Origin: Camelus ferus
Lineage: Eukaryota
Assembly: GCF_009834535.1 (NCBI RefSeq)
Contig: NC_045696.1
Span: 105,774,001-105,838,000 of the forward strand
Length of the DNA stretch: 64,000 nt
Direction of reading: 5' to 3'
The position numbers and the translations under genes are program-made. Under the pieces are notes generated by a model. The model was given only the letters and a program-made list of their open reading frames with translations. It was not told where the DNA came from and searched no databases. Numbering within the stretch: position 1 is the stretch's first letter; every line of letters begins with the position of its first letter. Below are positions 40,004 to 53,053 of this stretch, in pieces.

Positions 40004-41346
40004 CCTCTCTATGCCTCAGTTTCCTCACTTGTAAAATGGAGAAAGTTATAGGATTATTGTGATGATTAAAGGAGAAAATACAGGTAAAACCCTTAGAAGA
40101 GTACCCACTACATACTGAGTTGCTCAATAAAATGCTAGAAAAATACTAAATATGAACAGTTGAGAGAAGGAACCACAATGGACTAAAAATATTAGGTGAA
40201 ATGTTATTCAGGAACAGAATGTCAGAATTGTGACCAAGGGTTACGCCACAGCTTGCATACTCATTACAAAATGGGGAAGTGCCTTTTCAATGGGGAAATC
40301 TGCAAGCACCATCTGAATTCAGTCTTCAAACAGAACATCGTCAAAAGTGGGACAACTGGACGCTGATGTCCCTCCTGATAGGATGTACTATAAAGTACAT
40401 CACCTTTGAGATACTTCTTCCCCAAAGAAGTTCACCTGAATTGAAGTGAGCTATACAGCTGACTTTCAATTTGCAGGAAATACAAGGAATAGAGGAAGAA
40501 GTTAAATAACAACATGAAGAAACCTTGAGACAAATCCTGAACATGAGGACATTCTACAACTGTCCTTGTCTCTTCAAAAGTTTTGTGTCATGAAATAAAA
40601 AAGGTTGTGAAAGGGTGGTTCCCTACACAGCCACTCGGGAATCTAGGCCCCTCCCACCCATGACGCTGCCATGGTTCACACACGCCCTATGAGGAAGTGG
40701 AAGCGGGCAGGCAGGATGTTGCAGGATGGTTTTTAGCAGGCCATGCCTGAAAGTGACAACTTCAGCTGCCACTTACATTTCTTTGGCTATAACCTCACCT
40801 GGTCCCTACCTAACTGCAAGAGAGCTGCAAGACGTGCCTGGAAGCTTCGGAAGGGAAGGCAAGGGGTATGGTGAGCATCCACCCAGACTCCCCACACACA
40901 GAACATCACTTACCACTCCAGTGGTGCAGGGCTCAGCACGGCCTCTGCCAGGCAATCCTGCGCTCAGTCCCATGCTCTTCTTCACTCTGAGATGAACCAG
41001 CCACCCAATGTCCTCTCTTCCCCCCTCATGCTCCACATCCAGTCAATCGCCCGATACCAACATCTCCACCTTTACATATCTCTAAATAGCCGTCACCTCT
41101 CCAACTGCAACTGTCAGAGCTTAATGCAACAGCCTCTTGTTGGGCCTCCCTTCATGCAAAACTCCTGCTCTCAGGAGACTATATTCTTGTAATAGGCTGC
41201 AAGTGAGCAAAGAAACAAAAGGACAAGATAACTAAGGTGCAGTGAAGGAACCAGAGACTGAAATGGTAAAGAATGACTATTTGGGGTTGGAGAGGAGAAG
41301 CTAATTTACATATGGCTGTCTGGGGAGGCTACACTGAGGAGGTAGC

Positions 41347-41698
41347 TGTGGCAGACAGAATTATCAAGAATCATCCAGAATCAACCAAAAAAGCAATATT
41401 CTGGGTGATTCTGGATATTTCTGTGTGCTGTTGCAGAATCCTGCCACTCCCCCTTCAAGTGGTAGAGCCTGTTTCCTCCACTTGGACAGGTCTTTTGACT
41501 TGCAAAATTAATAAAGTGCCACAAAAGTGATGCTATGTGACATCTCAGGCTGAATCACAAAAGACAATACAGCTTTGGCAGGGAGGGTATAGCTCAAGTG
41601 GTAGAATGCATACTTAGCATGCATGAGGTCCTGGATTCAATCCCCAGTACCTCCTCTAAGAATAAATAAAAAAGTAAATCTAATTACCTCCTCCAACC

Positions 41699-41729
<31 letters not shown>

Positions 41730-42027
41730 CAATACAGCTTCTATCTGACTCTTTGGGGACCCAAGCTATGTGAGCAACCAAAGCCTCAGCCCTCAGTTCT
41801 GGTTTAACTAACAGATGACTGCCAGCCCTAATATGCCAGCCATGGAAGTGAGCCATCTTGGAAGCAGATCCTCAGTTCTTGGTTGATTTGCCCCAGCTGA
41901 TGCTGCGTGGAACAAAAATCCATCATCCTCATCAAGTCCTGCCCAAGTTAGAGACAGTAAGCAAAACAGATGACTGCTATTCTGTAACCACTGAGTCTGG
42001 GGGCATTTCATTATGGAGCAATAGTAC
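41347..42027 (+). mobile_element. MaLR LTR (MLT1-like, old)
   Basis: TGTGGCAGA start; GTGAGCCATCTTGGAAG and ACTGAGT.TGGGG motifs. Confidence 0.7.
41581..41723 (+). mobile_element. Vic-1-like SINE nested in an MLT1-like LTR
   Basis: TSD AAAAGACAATACAGCTT. Confidence 0.92.
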
Positions 42028-42059
42028 TGAGCTAGGTTCTAAAGACAAAGGAGCCAGCC

Positions 42060-42620
42060 CTGAAGAAATCTTCACAAAGCATTTGAAGCATTGCCCAACA
42101 ACAAATCCCATGGCACTGAGGCAGGAATGCACTTGGCACACTGAAGGAACAGACAAGGCCATGTGGCAGAGGGAGGAGCAGTAAGACATGTGGCTGGACA
42201 GGAAAGCTGGAGCCCCATCACACACAGCCTCATGGACCGTGGTCAGAAGTTTGAAATGTATCAAGAGTTCAGTGGGAGGCTTTGGGAGGTTTTAAGCAGA
42301 GTAATGGGATTGGCTTGTCCCTGAAAGATGGCTCTAGCTGCTGTGGGGAGAGTGATCGGCCACAAGACAAGAGTAGAATTGGGAAGACGAATTGGCAGAT
42401 CACTGAGGTTGCCTGGCATGAACACAATGGTGGAGAGAAGAAAACAGATTCTGAGCATATCTTGCAGAGGCAATAGCCTTGCTGACAGATAGGATGAGAA
42501 GAGAGGGATAAGGAAGAATGAAGGTGAACTTCTAGGTTTTTCTCTCAAGCAGTCAGGTGAATAACAGTGCTACTGGCTGGAAGGGGAGGGCTCGAGGAAG
42601 AGCAGGGTTGGAGTGGGGAA
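42060..42620 (-). mobile_element. L2 fragment
   Basis: GGTTTTAAGCAG, GCTCTAGCTGCTGTG, TCTAGGTTTT L2-type motifs. Confidence 0.65.
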
Positions 42621-43744
42621 ACTTCCCTTTCCCTCAGAATATCTGATTTCCATGTGGTTGTAGAAAGAATTTCAAGCTGCTAAAATAACACTCACAAAGC
42701 AGTTATGGGCAGTCGAGTTCAGAGCTTCCAGTTCTGGTGGGGTTGCAGATTCTGTTAACTACTTGGCTTTTCTTAAGAATTCCTTTGTATTTCTTTGTTT
42801 GCCCATATGGCTTTAAGATCCTCCATGCAGAGTGTGGTTGTTGTAATTACCATGGCAAAGATCCCAGTTGGAAGTTAAAACACACCCAAAGGAGGAAACT
42901 GAACTTAACATGTAGGAGACCCAGCCAAGCACTTTCCCCAAACCGTACTCCATCAGCCAGTCTGGAGAAGAGACCCTGAGTGACCAAGAGGAGGGATCAG
43001 GCCTTAGATGCCTACTGAAAGGATGGCTACGAAAAGTCAGGGGAGAGAACTATGAACTTATAGAAGGACCCCTAAAGCAGGCAGAAGACCTAGACTATAG
43101 GAAGCAGCTGCTGGATCTCCTTGGGGAGAGGGAGAAGATGGGGACATGTGGCACCCCAAGAGGAGAGGCAGGGATCTTTGGCCAGGCCACACCTAAATGC
43201 CTGCCTTTCCTTTACTCTCTAGCTGTTTGAAGAGCTTGCTTGATCAACTCAACTCCTTCCCTCTACAAGAAGCATCAGTGAAGCTCAGAAGGAAACTGCT
43301 CTTCAGCAGTTCTTCAGTGACGGTGATCACCTGTCCAGACTTTGGGGAGATCACCTCACAGGACCCCAGGTTAGACAGGTCAGCAGAGGAAGAGGGTATC
43401 CAGCCAGGCTCTCTATACAGGCAAAGGATAGGCAGTCACAACAGCAGGAACAGGGGCACTCAGGGACTTGAACTCTCTTTGCTGATTCCCACTCAGAGTC
43501 CCAGTTCTACTGATTCTTCTCTCCTGCATTTTTCATGTTTGCTACAAGTTTCCTGCCCGTTGTCTTCTCCATGGGCCCAAAATACTTGCTGCCCAAACAC
43601 TACTTCTTCTTCCCACCCTCTCCCCAAAATATGGCAAGGGGTCTCAAGATTAACCATCAACTGTGAGCCACCAAACAACCAAAGATAATCCATACATGGG
43701 AGTTGCTTCATTTATTCATTCAACAATTATTTATTGAGCTTCTA

Positions 43745-44130
43745 CCATGATTAAGGAGGCCACTGTAGTCATCCAAGTGAGAGACTAAGGAGACTTGGAC
43801 CAGTGTGGTAGTAGCAGAGGTGATGAGTGGTGGTTGGATTCTGGACATATTTTGAAAGATAGAGGCAGCAGGATTCCCTGATAGACTGGACATGAGGTAC
43901 AAGAGAAGAAGGAAGAGATAGATGCTTCTAAGTTTTTGGCCTAAGCATCTGAAAGGGTGGTGTTGCCATTTTGAGATAGGAAAAACAGCAAGATAAGCAA
44001 GTTGAAAGAACTAAATCAAGAGCTTGATTTTGGGACATTAAATTTGAGATGCTTATGTAGACATTCCAGTGGCAATATTCTGTTAGCAGTCTGGAGTTCC
44101 TGAGAAAGGTCCAGGTTGGAAATAAAAATT
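43745..44130 (-). mobile_element. L2 fragment
   Basis: GATTCTGGACATATTTTGAA..TAGA; TTTTGGGACATTAAATTTGAGATG. Confidence 0.7.
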
Positions 44131-44809
44131 TTCAAAATCTTATCCTGCCTTACTCTGCCCATAAGCAGAAAAAAAAAAAAAAACACATTGGAATCACAGG
44201 GAACCTGCAGAATTTCAACCAACAAATATCAGGAATCATAAGAGCAACCAAGATATCTAGAAATGTTGGTTGGCATTGTCTAACAGAGTTAGTGAACGAC
44301 TTCTCTCAGAGACTAAATGGGATCATGCATCCAGAGCTCTAAGCTCCTATACAAGAGGCACCATAACCGAAAGTGACTGAAGTCAGAGACTGATACAATA
44401 ATAATCTTACCCTCCAAAAGTGGAAACGGACCAATGGCCTTTCTAGACCCCTTGTCTCCCAAGGTCAATATCACTATTTAAAAACAAATGCCCTTCCTCC
44501 TTCAATAAACTTTCTCCTCCTTTCCTTCACCTTGGTTTATCCCGTCTCCTACTTACAAAATAAAAGCTACCATCCACCTTAATGAAGACAGAGGGTGGGT
44601 GGAAGGGAGTAGGGAATAGGGCATCATCGTCTCTCATAATAACCAGCATTAAATTTTTTGTTATGTGTATTTTAAAATTTTGCTAAATTGTTCTGTGTCT
44701 AGATGTTTGCTGTCAATGTAATTATTGTTCTTTTGTTGTTGCTCGTGGTGGTTATTTCTTTTTTCTTTCTGGACACTTGGGTGTTTTTTTTTCCTCTTGG
44801 GTTTTTTAA

Positions 44810-46530
44810 AAAAAATAGACCTTATTTTTCAGAGTAGTTTTAGATTGACAGCAAAATTGAGTGGAAAGTACAAGAGTTTCTGTTTACCCTCTGAACATTA
44901 CATACACACGCACGCGCACACACACACACACACACACAGACAGTCTTTACTATCAACACCTCTCACCAGAGTGGTACATTTGTTACAATCCATAAACCTA
45001 CATTAACACATCATCATAAACTCCAAGTTTATAGTTACAACAGTGTTCACTCTTGGTGTCATACATTCTATGGGTTTGGACAAATTATAATGCTATGTCT
45101 CCACCATTATAGTATCATGCAGAATAGTTTCACTGCCCTAAAAATCCTGTGCTTTATCTATTCATCCCTCCCTCTCCAATAACCCCTGCCAACCACTGAT
45201 CTTTTTACCATCTCCATAGTTCTGCAAACATTTTTTTGCAATTTTCCAGAATGTCATATGCTTGGAATCACACCGTATGTAGACTTTTCAGATTGGCTTA
45301 TTTTCCTTAATAACATGCATTTAAGTTTCCTCTGTATATTTTCATGACTCAATAGCTCATTTCTTTTTAGCACTAAATATTCCATGTATTGATGTAAACT
45401 GTATACATTTTACACATATGATACCACCATTTATTTACTGTTTTCCTACTGCCTTCAGTAGTTGATCATTCATTTTGATTGCTCTTGAGATGCTTTTATA
45501 CAGTCTCCCTGCCTTTGTTCTTCTGCAGTTTCCCTGTAAAGAATGTATGTATGGATTATTTTTACTCTTGAGATTCATTCTGATTTCTGAATCAGAGGAT
45601 TCATATTTTTTCATCAATTCTGGAAAATTTCTCAGGCATTTTGTCTTTGAGTAATATTTTTTTCTATTTTCTCTATTCTTCTGGAGCCCCGTTGTCTATA
45701 TGTTAGAGCTTCTCATTGCATCATTAATGTTTCCTAATATCTCTGTTTCTGTTTTGCATTCTGAATAATTTCTGCAGCTGTATCTTCTAGTTTATTAATT
45801 TCCTCTTTAGTTACATCTAATTTGCTTTTTGACCTGTTCATATAGTGTTTTACATTTTTTAACTGAAAAAAGTACATAACTTAAATTTTACCATCTTATC
45901 CATTTTTAAGACCACACTTTAGTAGTGTTAAGTATATTCAGATTGTTGTGTGACCAATCTCCAGAACTTCTTCATCTTGCAAAACTGAAACTTTATACTC
46001 ATTAAATAATCACTCCCCATTTTCCGCTCCCCCTGGCAACCATCTTTCAACTTTCTGTCCCTATAAATTTAACTCATTTAGATACCTCAGATAGGTGGAA
46101 TCATACATAAGTATTTGTCTTTTTGTGACTGGTTTATTTCACATAGCATGATGTCCTGAAAATTCATCCATGTTGTAGCATGTAACAGGATTTCTTCCTT
46201 TTTAAGGCTAAATAATGTTCCATTGTATGTATATATCACACTTTGTTTATCCATCCATCCATTGGTGTTCTCTTGGTTTGCTTCCACTTTTTAGATATTG
46301 TGAATAATGCTGCTACAAACATGGGTGTGAAAATATCTCTTTGAGACCTTGCTTTCAACTCTTCTGAGTATGTACCCAGACGTGGGTTTGCTGGATCACA
46401 TGGTAATTCTAGTTTTAATTTCTTTAGGAGCTGCCATACTGTTTTCCACAGGGGCTGTAACATTTTACATTCCTAACAAGAATTCACAAAGCTTCCAATT
46501 TCTCCATGTCCTCATCAATACTTGTTTTTT
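44810..46530 (-). mobile_element. L1MA/MB-like 3' fragments
   Basis: Minus-strand [23 protein letters not shown] (ORF2 C-terminus) and L1 3' UTR motifs. Confidence 0.85.
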
Positions 46531-46620
46531 GCTGTATTTAGGGTTGTATGAGGGCTTTGGGGAGCAGAATAAAGCAAAACTGTCCTGGACCAACAAGCAT
46601 AGACAATTTTGAAATTCCTC

Positions 46621-46744
46621 TTTCTTGGGGGGTGGTAATTAGGTTTATTTATTTTATTTATCTTTAACAGAGGTACTGGGGATTGAACCCAGGACCTCAT
46701 GCATGTTAAGCATGTGCTCTACCACTTGAGATATACTCTCCCCC
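46621..46744 (-). mobile_element. Vic-1-like SINE
   Basis: TSD TGAAATTCCTC. Confidence 0.92.
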
Positions 46745-49004
46745 TGAAATTCCTCATTTTTGAGAAAAGTTTGCAACCACTCCATTTGTGGTTAATTGTT
46801 CATCAGCCAACCTGAGCTCCTGACTCTGAAATGGGGAGTTTCATGGGTGTGCGAGAATAACTAGTTGGGGAGTGTTTCCCTACAACTTCTGGAGATCAGT
46901 GCCCAGAGAAACTTGAGAATAAAACTCTGGAGGAAAGTTAGGGGAGGGACTCTTGAGTGGCTGAGGACCACAGCTACTTCCTCAGGGTGACCATAGACTA
47001 GCAAGTCCTTTGAACAGGTTTCTCTATTCCCTTCCCTTCTAAGGACAAGAATTTCTCTGTTTTTGTCAGAAGAGACACCTGCTGTGTTCACCTGGAGGAT
47101 CCTAATCAGAGAATACATTCAGTCTTTAGAAAACAGCAACTTTTTTTGGTGGAAAGAAAGTTGCACTGAGAATTTGGAGCTCAGAACCCTTGTGCTGACT
47201 CAGAGGCTGTGTGATGTTAAGTAAAGTTCCTCCAGGAATGTCCTTTTTCATGGAATACAACGAACTCACCTGCTCCGGACCCAAGGCGGAGACAATAGCT
47301 CTCAGAATTCTCTGAATGCCTGTTCTGGTTCAACTGTGCCTTGCTCTTTTATCATTTTAATGGAGCAGTAAAAAGTCCACCTTTATGAGAAATCTGCATT
47401 ACTATTTGGTTTTTTGCACCACACAAGCCAGGCAAAAATAAGACTGTGTGTGATCCCCGCTCAGGGAAATACATAGAAAAGAAATGAGTTGTGCAACAGT
47501 AGTGAGACTACTGGATGGAAAGGGGGAAAGGCGTTGGCGGGGGGGGGGGGGGGCATGAGAGTTTCTTTTTTAAAAGTTAGCTCAGTATTGTTGTTATATT
47601 TTCTATTTAATGGCAATATTTAAACACCAATTAAAAATTAAGTCTCATAAATACAAGATTCCAGGTTATATAAGAGAGCAAAATGTGAAAAACCCATCCA
47701 CCTATCCTCCATCACTCGGTAACTTATTGCCTGTTGTTGCAAGCTGGGTACCCCAGGAAATAGACTGTGAGGCAAATCTGTGTGCAGGTGGGTTATTGAG
47801 AAGTACTCTCAGAGATATCTGTGAAGGAGTGAAAGAAGTGAGACCAGGCAGAGAAGTTAGGTTGCCAAGTAGTTGCAGTTGCAACAGAGGCTGCAGCAAT
47901 CCCTGGGGGAGCTCTGAAGCTCAGACTGCCCTTCGTATCTGTCCCAAACTGAAGCAAAGGGAACATGAATTTGTACCACACAGTAAGCAGTCATTGGATG
48001 CAATCTGTCCACAGGGAGGAGCTTAAACTTGGCAAAGCAGCTACCCGAAGCTAAGTACAATGCCTGGAGAGGCACTCTGCAGTAAGCTGTCAGCAGGCAA
48101 CATTCCTGGCCACTGGGTGAAGTGCCCTGATCTTAAGGAGGGGCATCTGGATAACACCCCACAGTATTCAGGACACCTCTACCCTCCTCATCCTTTCCTC
48201 GAAAGCAAAAGCCATTCCAGTTAAGGGTATATCCCTCCAGACCTATGTTTTTGAATTCACATATATTTTCATACACAGGTGTAAATGGATATTCCTTTTC
48301 ATTTTTTAATTCAGGAGAGTCATAAGATGTGCATTGTTCTATTGCTTTCTTCACTTGTATTGGAGATCTTTCCATTAGGGTACAAATGGCTCTCTTTCTC
48401 TCTCTCTTTTTTAAAACAACTGCATAATATTCCATATTGTGGATGTTCAATTTCATCAAAGGCTTGTTTTGACATCTATTGAAATGACCCTATGGTCATC
48501 CTCAAGCTTATTTGACTCTCAAGATTCTTCAATTTGAAAATGCCTGAGCAGAGAAAAGAACATTTTAAAAAATGATCAATGAGGAAAGCCGCCTTACCAC
48601 ATAGCAAATCACAGTAAAAGACAATAGCAATTGACAAAATATGGTATCACAGGAAAAAAAAAACCAGACTGTGTCTATATGAAAATATATTTAGAAAAGA
48701 AAAGAAAATAGATTTAGTTTACAGTAAAGATGGCACTTTGAAAACAGTGAATTAGAATGAGTATTCAGTGCATGGTATTAAGCAACTGAATATTTAGAAA
48801 TTAAGTTATACACCACCTTACACCATACACAAATAAAATTTTCAGGCAGATTTAAGGGTGTAATATAAAAACCCATAAAAGTATTAGAGGAAAATAAGAA
48901 AATATTATCATAAACTCGGTTTATAATGAAAGGTTTTCCTAAGTATGAAATGAAACCCAGAAACCGTGAAGGAAAAATTTGACAGTTTTCATTGCATAAA
49001 TTTT

Positions 49005-49135
49005 TTTTTTGGTGGGGGGAGGTAACTAGGTCTATTTATTTATCTATTTATTTTCAGAGGAGTTACCAGGGATTCAACCTAGGACCTCATACATGCCAAG
49101 CATGTGCTCTACCACTTGAGCTATACCCTCCCCCC
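49005..49135 (-). mobile_element. Vic-1-like SINE
   Basis: TSD TCATTGCATAAATTTTT. Confidence 0.92.
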
Positions 49136-49799
49136 TCATTGCATAAATTTTTAAATCTTCTATGCAATTAAACAGACACACATACACACACACACAAATC
49201 ATGATTAAAAGACAAGTGATAAACTGGGAAAACCATATAATCTTCCAAATCACCAATACACGGGATATATAATAAATAAAGAAGAGACAGTGAAAAATTG
49301 TAAGAGATAGTAAAAATGTAATTTATAGAAGAGATATAAACATCCAATAAAGATACGAAAAGCTACTCAACCTTCTTAGCAATCAGAAAAATGTGAATTT
49401 TAATAATATAATAAAATTTTGAGGGAGGGGAGGCAGAACTATCAACATTTTAAACATCCAGTAATACTCACTACTGGCAAAGTGATGGAAAAATGGGTGT
49501 TCTATTTCACTGTTGAGCAGAAAATAAATTGGTAAAGTCTTTCAGAAGGGCAGTTTAGCAACTTCTATCCAGAATTTAAGTGGATAGGTCTTTAGTCCAT
49601 AATTTCTACTTCTCTAAATTGATCCCAAAGAAAAACACATATACACAGGTTAGTACATGCAATAATATTGAATCCAGTATAGTTTGTAATTGCAAAAAAT
49701 ATTTTTGAAATGACCTAAACATCCATTGAGATAATTTAGTCAAATTACAATATATTCATGCCTCAAAATACTAAACAGTGATTTAAAAGTGACAGACCT

Positions 49800-49993
49800 T
49801 AGATAAACAACAAGTTTATACTGTATAGCACAGGGAACTATATTCAATATCTTGTAGTAACTTATGGTGAAAAATAATATGAAAACGAATATATGTATGT
49901 TCCCATATGACTGAAGCATTGTGCTGTACACCAGAAATTGACACATTGGAAGCTGACTACTTCAATAAAAATATATTTTAAAATAATAATTTA
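49800..49993 (+). mobile_element. Short younger L1 3' end
   Basis: TSD AAAAGTGACAGACCT (49785-49799 and 49994-50008); highly similar copies at ~52864-53050 and ~60355-60600. Confidence 0.88.
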
Positions 49994-50254
49994 AAAAGTG
50001 ACAGACCTGGTGTTGAAGTCTTCAAAAGTGCTAAGAGAAAAAAGCGTGATCATATGTTTAAATCTATGGATCCTTATTTAAATATATGTACATATGCATG
50101 TATACAAATATGATAAAACTTTATCAGTGATTATAAACTTGGGAGGGAATTGGTATTGGCCCTTGGGTAAAGTGATCCTTTCACTTTTTAAATGTAGTTT
50201 TCCTTGTGATTTGAAGGTTTTACAATGAGCCTACATCACTTTTCTGATTTAATT

Positions 50255-51027
50255 AATTTTAATTGAAGTATAGTTGATTTACAACATTGTGTTAGTTTCT
50301 ATTGTACAGCAAAGTGATTGAATTATACATGTACATACACATTCTTTTTCATATTCTTTTCCATTATGGTTTATTACAGTATATTGAGAGTAGTTCCCTG
50401 TGCTATACACTAGCACCTTGTTTTTCTATTTTGTATATAGTAATTTGTATCTGCTAAGCCCAAACTGCTAACTTATCCCTCCCCCATCCCCTTTCCACTT
50501 TGGTAACCATAAGTTTGTTTTCTATGTTTGTGAGTCTGTTTCTGTTTTGTAAATAAGTTCATTTGTGTCATATTCTTGATTCCACATATAAGTGAAGTCA
50601 TATGGTACTCGTTTTCCTCTTTCTGACTTACTTCACTAAATTCAATAATTTCTAGGTCCATTGATGTTTCTGCAAATGACATGATTTCATTCTTTTTTAC
50701 TGTTGAGTAGTATTCCATTGTGTATATATACTACATCTTCTTTATCAATTCATCTGTTGGTGGACATTTAGGTTGCTTCCATGTCTTGGCCATTGTAAAT
50801 AGTGCTGTTATGAACACTGGGGTGCATGTATCTTTTTGAATAACAGTTTTCTCCGGATATATGCCCAGGAGTAGGATTGCTGGATCATATAGCAACTCTA
50901 TTGTTAGTATTTTAAGGAACCTCCATACTGTTTTCCACAGTGGCTGCACCAATTTACATTCCCAGCAACAGTGTAGGAGGGTTCCCTTTTCTCCACACCC
51001 TCTCCAGCATTGTTATCTGTAGACTTT
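50255..51027 (-). mobile_element. L1 ORF2 C-terminus plus 3' UTR
   Basis: [29 protein letters not shown]...TCTPVFITALFTMAKTWKQPKCP; MEYYSTVKKNE. Confidence 0.93.
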
Positions 51028-51925
51028 ACTTTTGTGATTAAAAAAAAAAAAAAAAAAAAAAAAACTTTAAAAAGGAAGAGGTAACACAGACTAGTAGAAA
51101 GGATATAAAGAAGAAAAATCAGTTGTAATCTCATCTATTTTTAAAAAGTCAGTATTTCAATGTTACTCTTTTCAGCTATTTTTCTTTGTATAACTAATTT
51201 TTTAACCTCGTTGACAAACAGATTGGACAGTCCTCAAATTCTGTTTATCCTTCTTTCTCTAGAAGTTATCTGGAATTCTCCCTCTTCCTTTGAAGTCATT
51301 ATCTTCATTCAGGCTCTGCCTGGAGGTAAAAGATAAAGCCAATTCCTCTCAAAGGACTCTCCCCTGCTGATGACTTGAAACTCCACATACTAGCCCCAGG
51401 GCATAGGAATGGCCCAGCAGGAGCCACTAACACCAGTGAGCTTCAGACTGCTCTGGGGCATGTGAGAAGTAAACACATTCCAAGGTGCTGGGCTGACTGG
51501 GCATGGAGATCAGAATAGGGGACTGAAGAGCGCCTGGCTGTAGCTAACCTTGATACTGAAAAGAAAGACACAAAAGACAACGATTAGTAAAAGAAGTATT
51601 CCCAGGTGGGACACTGCCTTGGTCAGGACCCTACTCTGACTGAACTTTGTTCCTTTTAATCCAGAATAAGGGAGTTTCTGCACCACGGGCTCTGGCAGCC
51701 AGGGATTCCCGAACACTTGAGCCTAGTTCAGCAGGGAAAGTGTTTACTTAGACAAGAAGGGCAAATCTACACTTCGGGTTTAAAAAAAGACCTTTGGAAA
51801 ACTTCCATTAGACTTAACAACAGGAGGAGCAGACTGAGGGTGGGGGTGGGTCTTAGCAAGAAAACTACTCCCAGCATCCTCCAGGGTCCCAGCTGCGCCT
51901 GCGCAGAACTGCGTCATGGTGGGGT

Positions 51926-52640
51926 TGTTGCCAAAACTCAATGACCCTACTTACTGAATTGAGACTCAAGGACAGAGTTTTAGATGAAGTAGAAAAGGCA
52001 CCTTTATTTCTTTGCCAGGCAGAGGAGATCACAGCGGGCTAATGTCTCCAAAGCTGTGAGCCTTGCAAAAAGAGAAGGTAGGGAGTTTCATAGTAAGAGT
52101 TCAAGGAACGGTGCTGGTTTCCATACAGGATAACAGCTTGTTGCAAAATTGTCCTTTGCAGATCCAGCAGTCCCCTTTCTTCTGCTGGGTATGATGTTCG
52201 CCTTTGACTTTGGAACTCTTCTCATATTCTTGTGCCTAGAACAAAGGTGCTTAGGAAAGGGGTCTGTGGAAAAGCGCTCTAGAGAAAAAAGTGTGCAGTT
52301 TCAAGTCAGGCTGATATATGCTTCTGGCATTTTAGGCAGGCTGAGGCCTGAGCCCTCTTGCTACAGTGTTTGCACAGGCAGGGACAACAGAATACAAAGA
52401 AACTATGAAGAACTAAAAATAACTGCAGATGTGTGCAGTTGGGGTGAGTTATGAACAAGATGCACAAAACCCCAAGTGCTATCTCTGAAGTGTTGGGAGC
52501 AAAACAAAGGGAATGGGCAGATCACCCCAAGTTCCCCATCCCTTCCAGCCCAATCCTAGGTAGCAAAAGCATGAGAGAAACCCTTTCAATCATGATACAG
52601 TTATGCAGTTACAAATGCCATATGATCACCAATGATAATA
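51926..52640 (-). mobile_element. ERV1-type solo LTR
   Basis: TGTTG...TAATA (CA>TA) termini, 4-bp TSD GGGT (51922-51925 and 52641-52644), minus-strand AATAAA near 52003. Confidence 0.75.
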
Positions 52641-52863
52641 GGGTCCTACTCAGTTATAGAATAAACAGGACCTGCACCTGGGTGAGCCTGCCCTGGCGTC
52701 CAGGAAAGGAAGCACCAGTTATGTTAGCATCTGAACTTTATCTAATTGTGATCCAGTACACTATGGGATAAGAACCCATGGATAAATTTATAATCAGAGG
52801 AAATAAACACTTAGTATACAAGAGTCAATAAGGAGATGGAAATCGATTACAGAACCAAAAATG

Positions 52864-53053
52864 AGATAAAAAACAAGTTTATACTGTATGGCACAGGGAA
52901 CTATATTCAATATCTTGTAGTAACTTACAGTGAAAAGGAATATGAAAATGAATATATGTATTTTCCTATATGACTGATGTATTGTGCTGTACACTAGAAA
53001 TTGACACAACATTGTAAACTGACTATACGTCAATAAAGATACATTTAAAAAAA
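52864..53053 (+). mobile_element. Short L1 3' end
   Basis: Closely similar to the copy at 49800. Confidence 0.85.

Noticed and set aside
43197..43688. 163-aa ATG ORF
   Set aside because: No recognisable domain or exon context; lies between L2 fragments.
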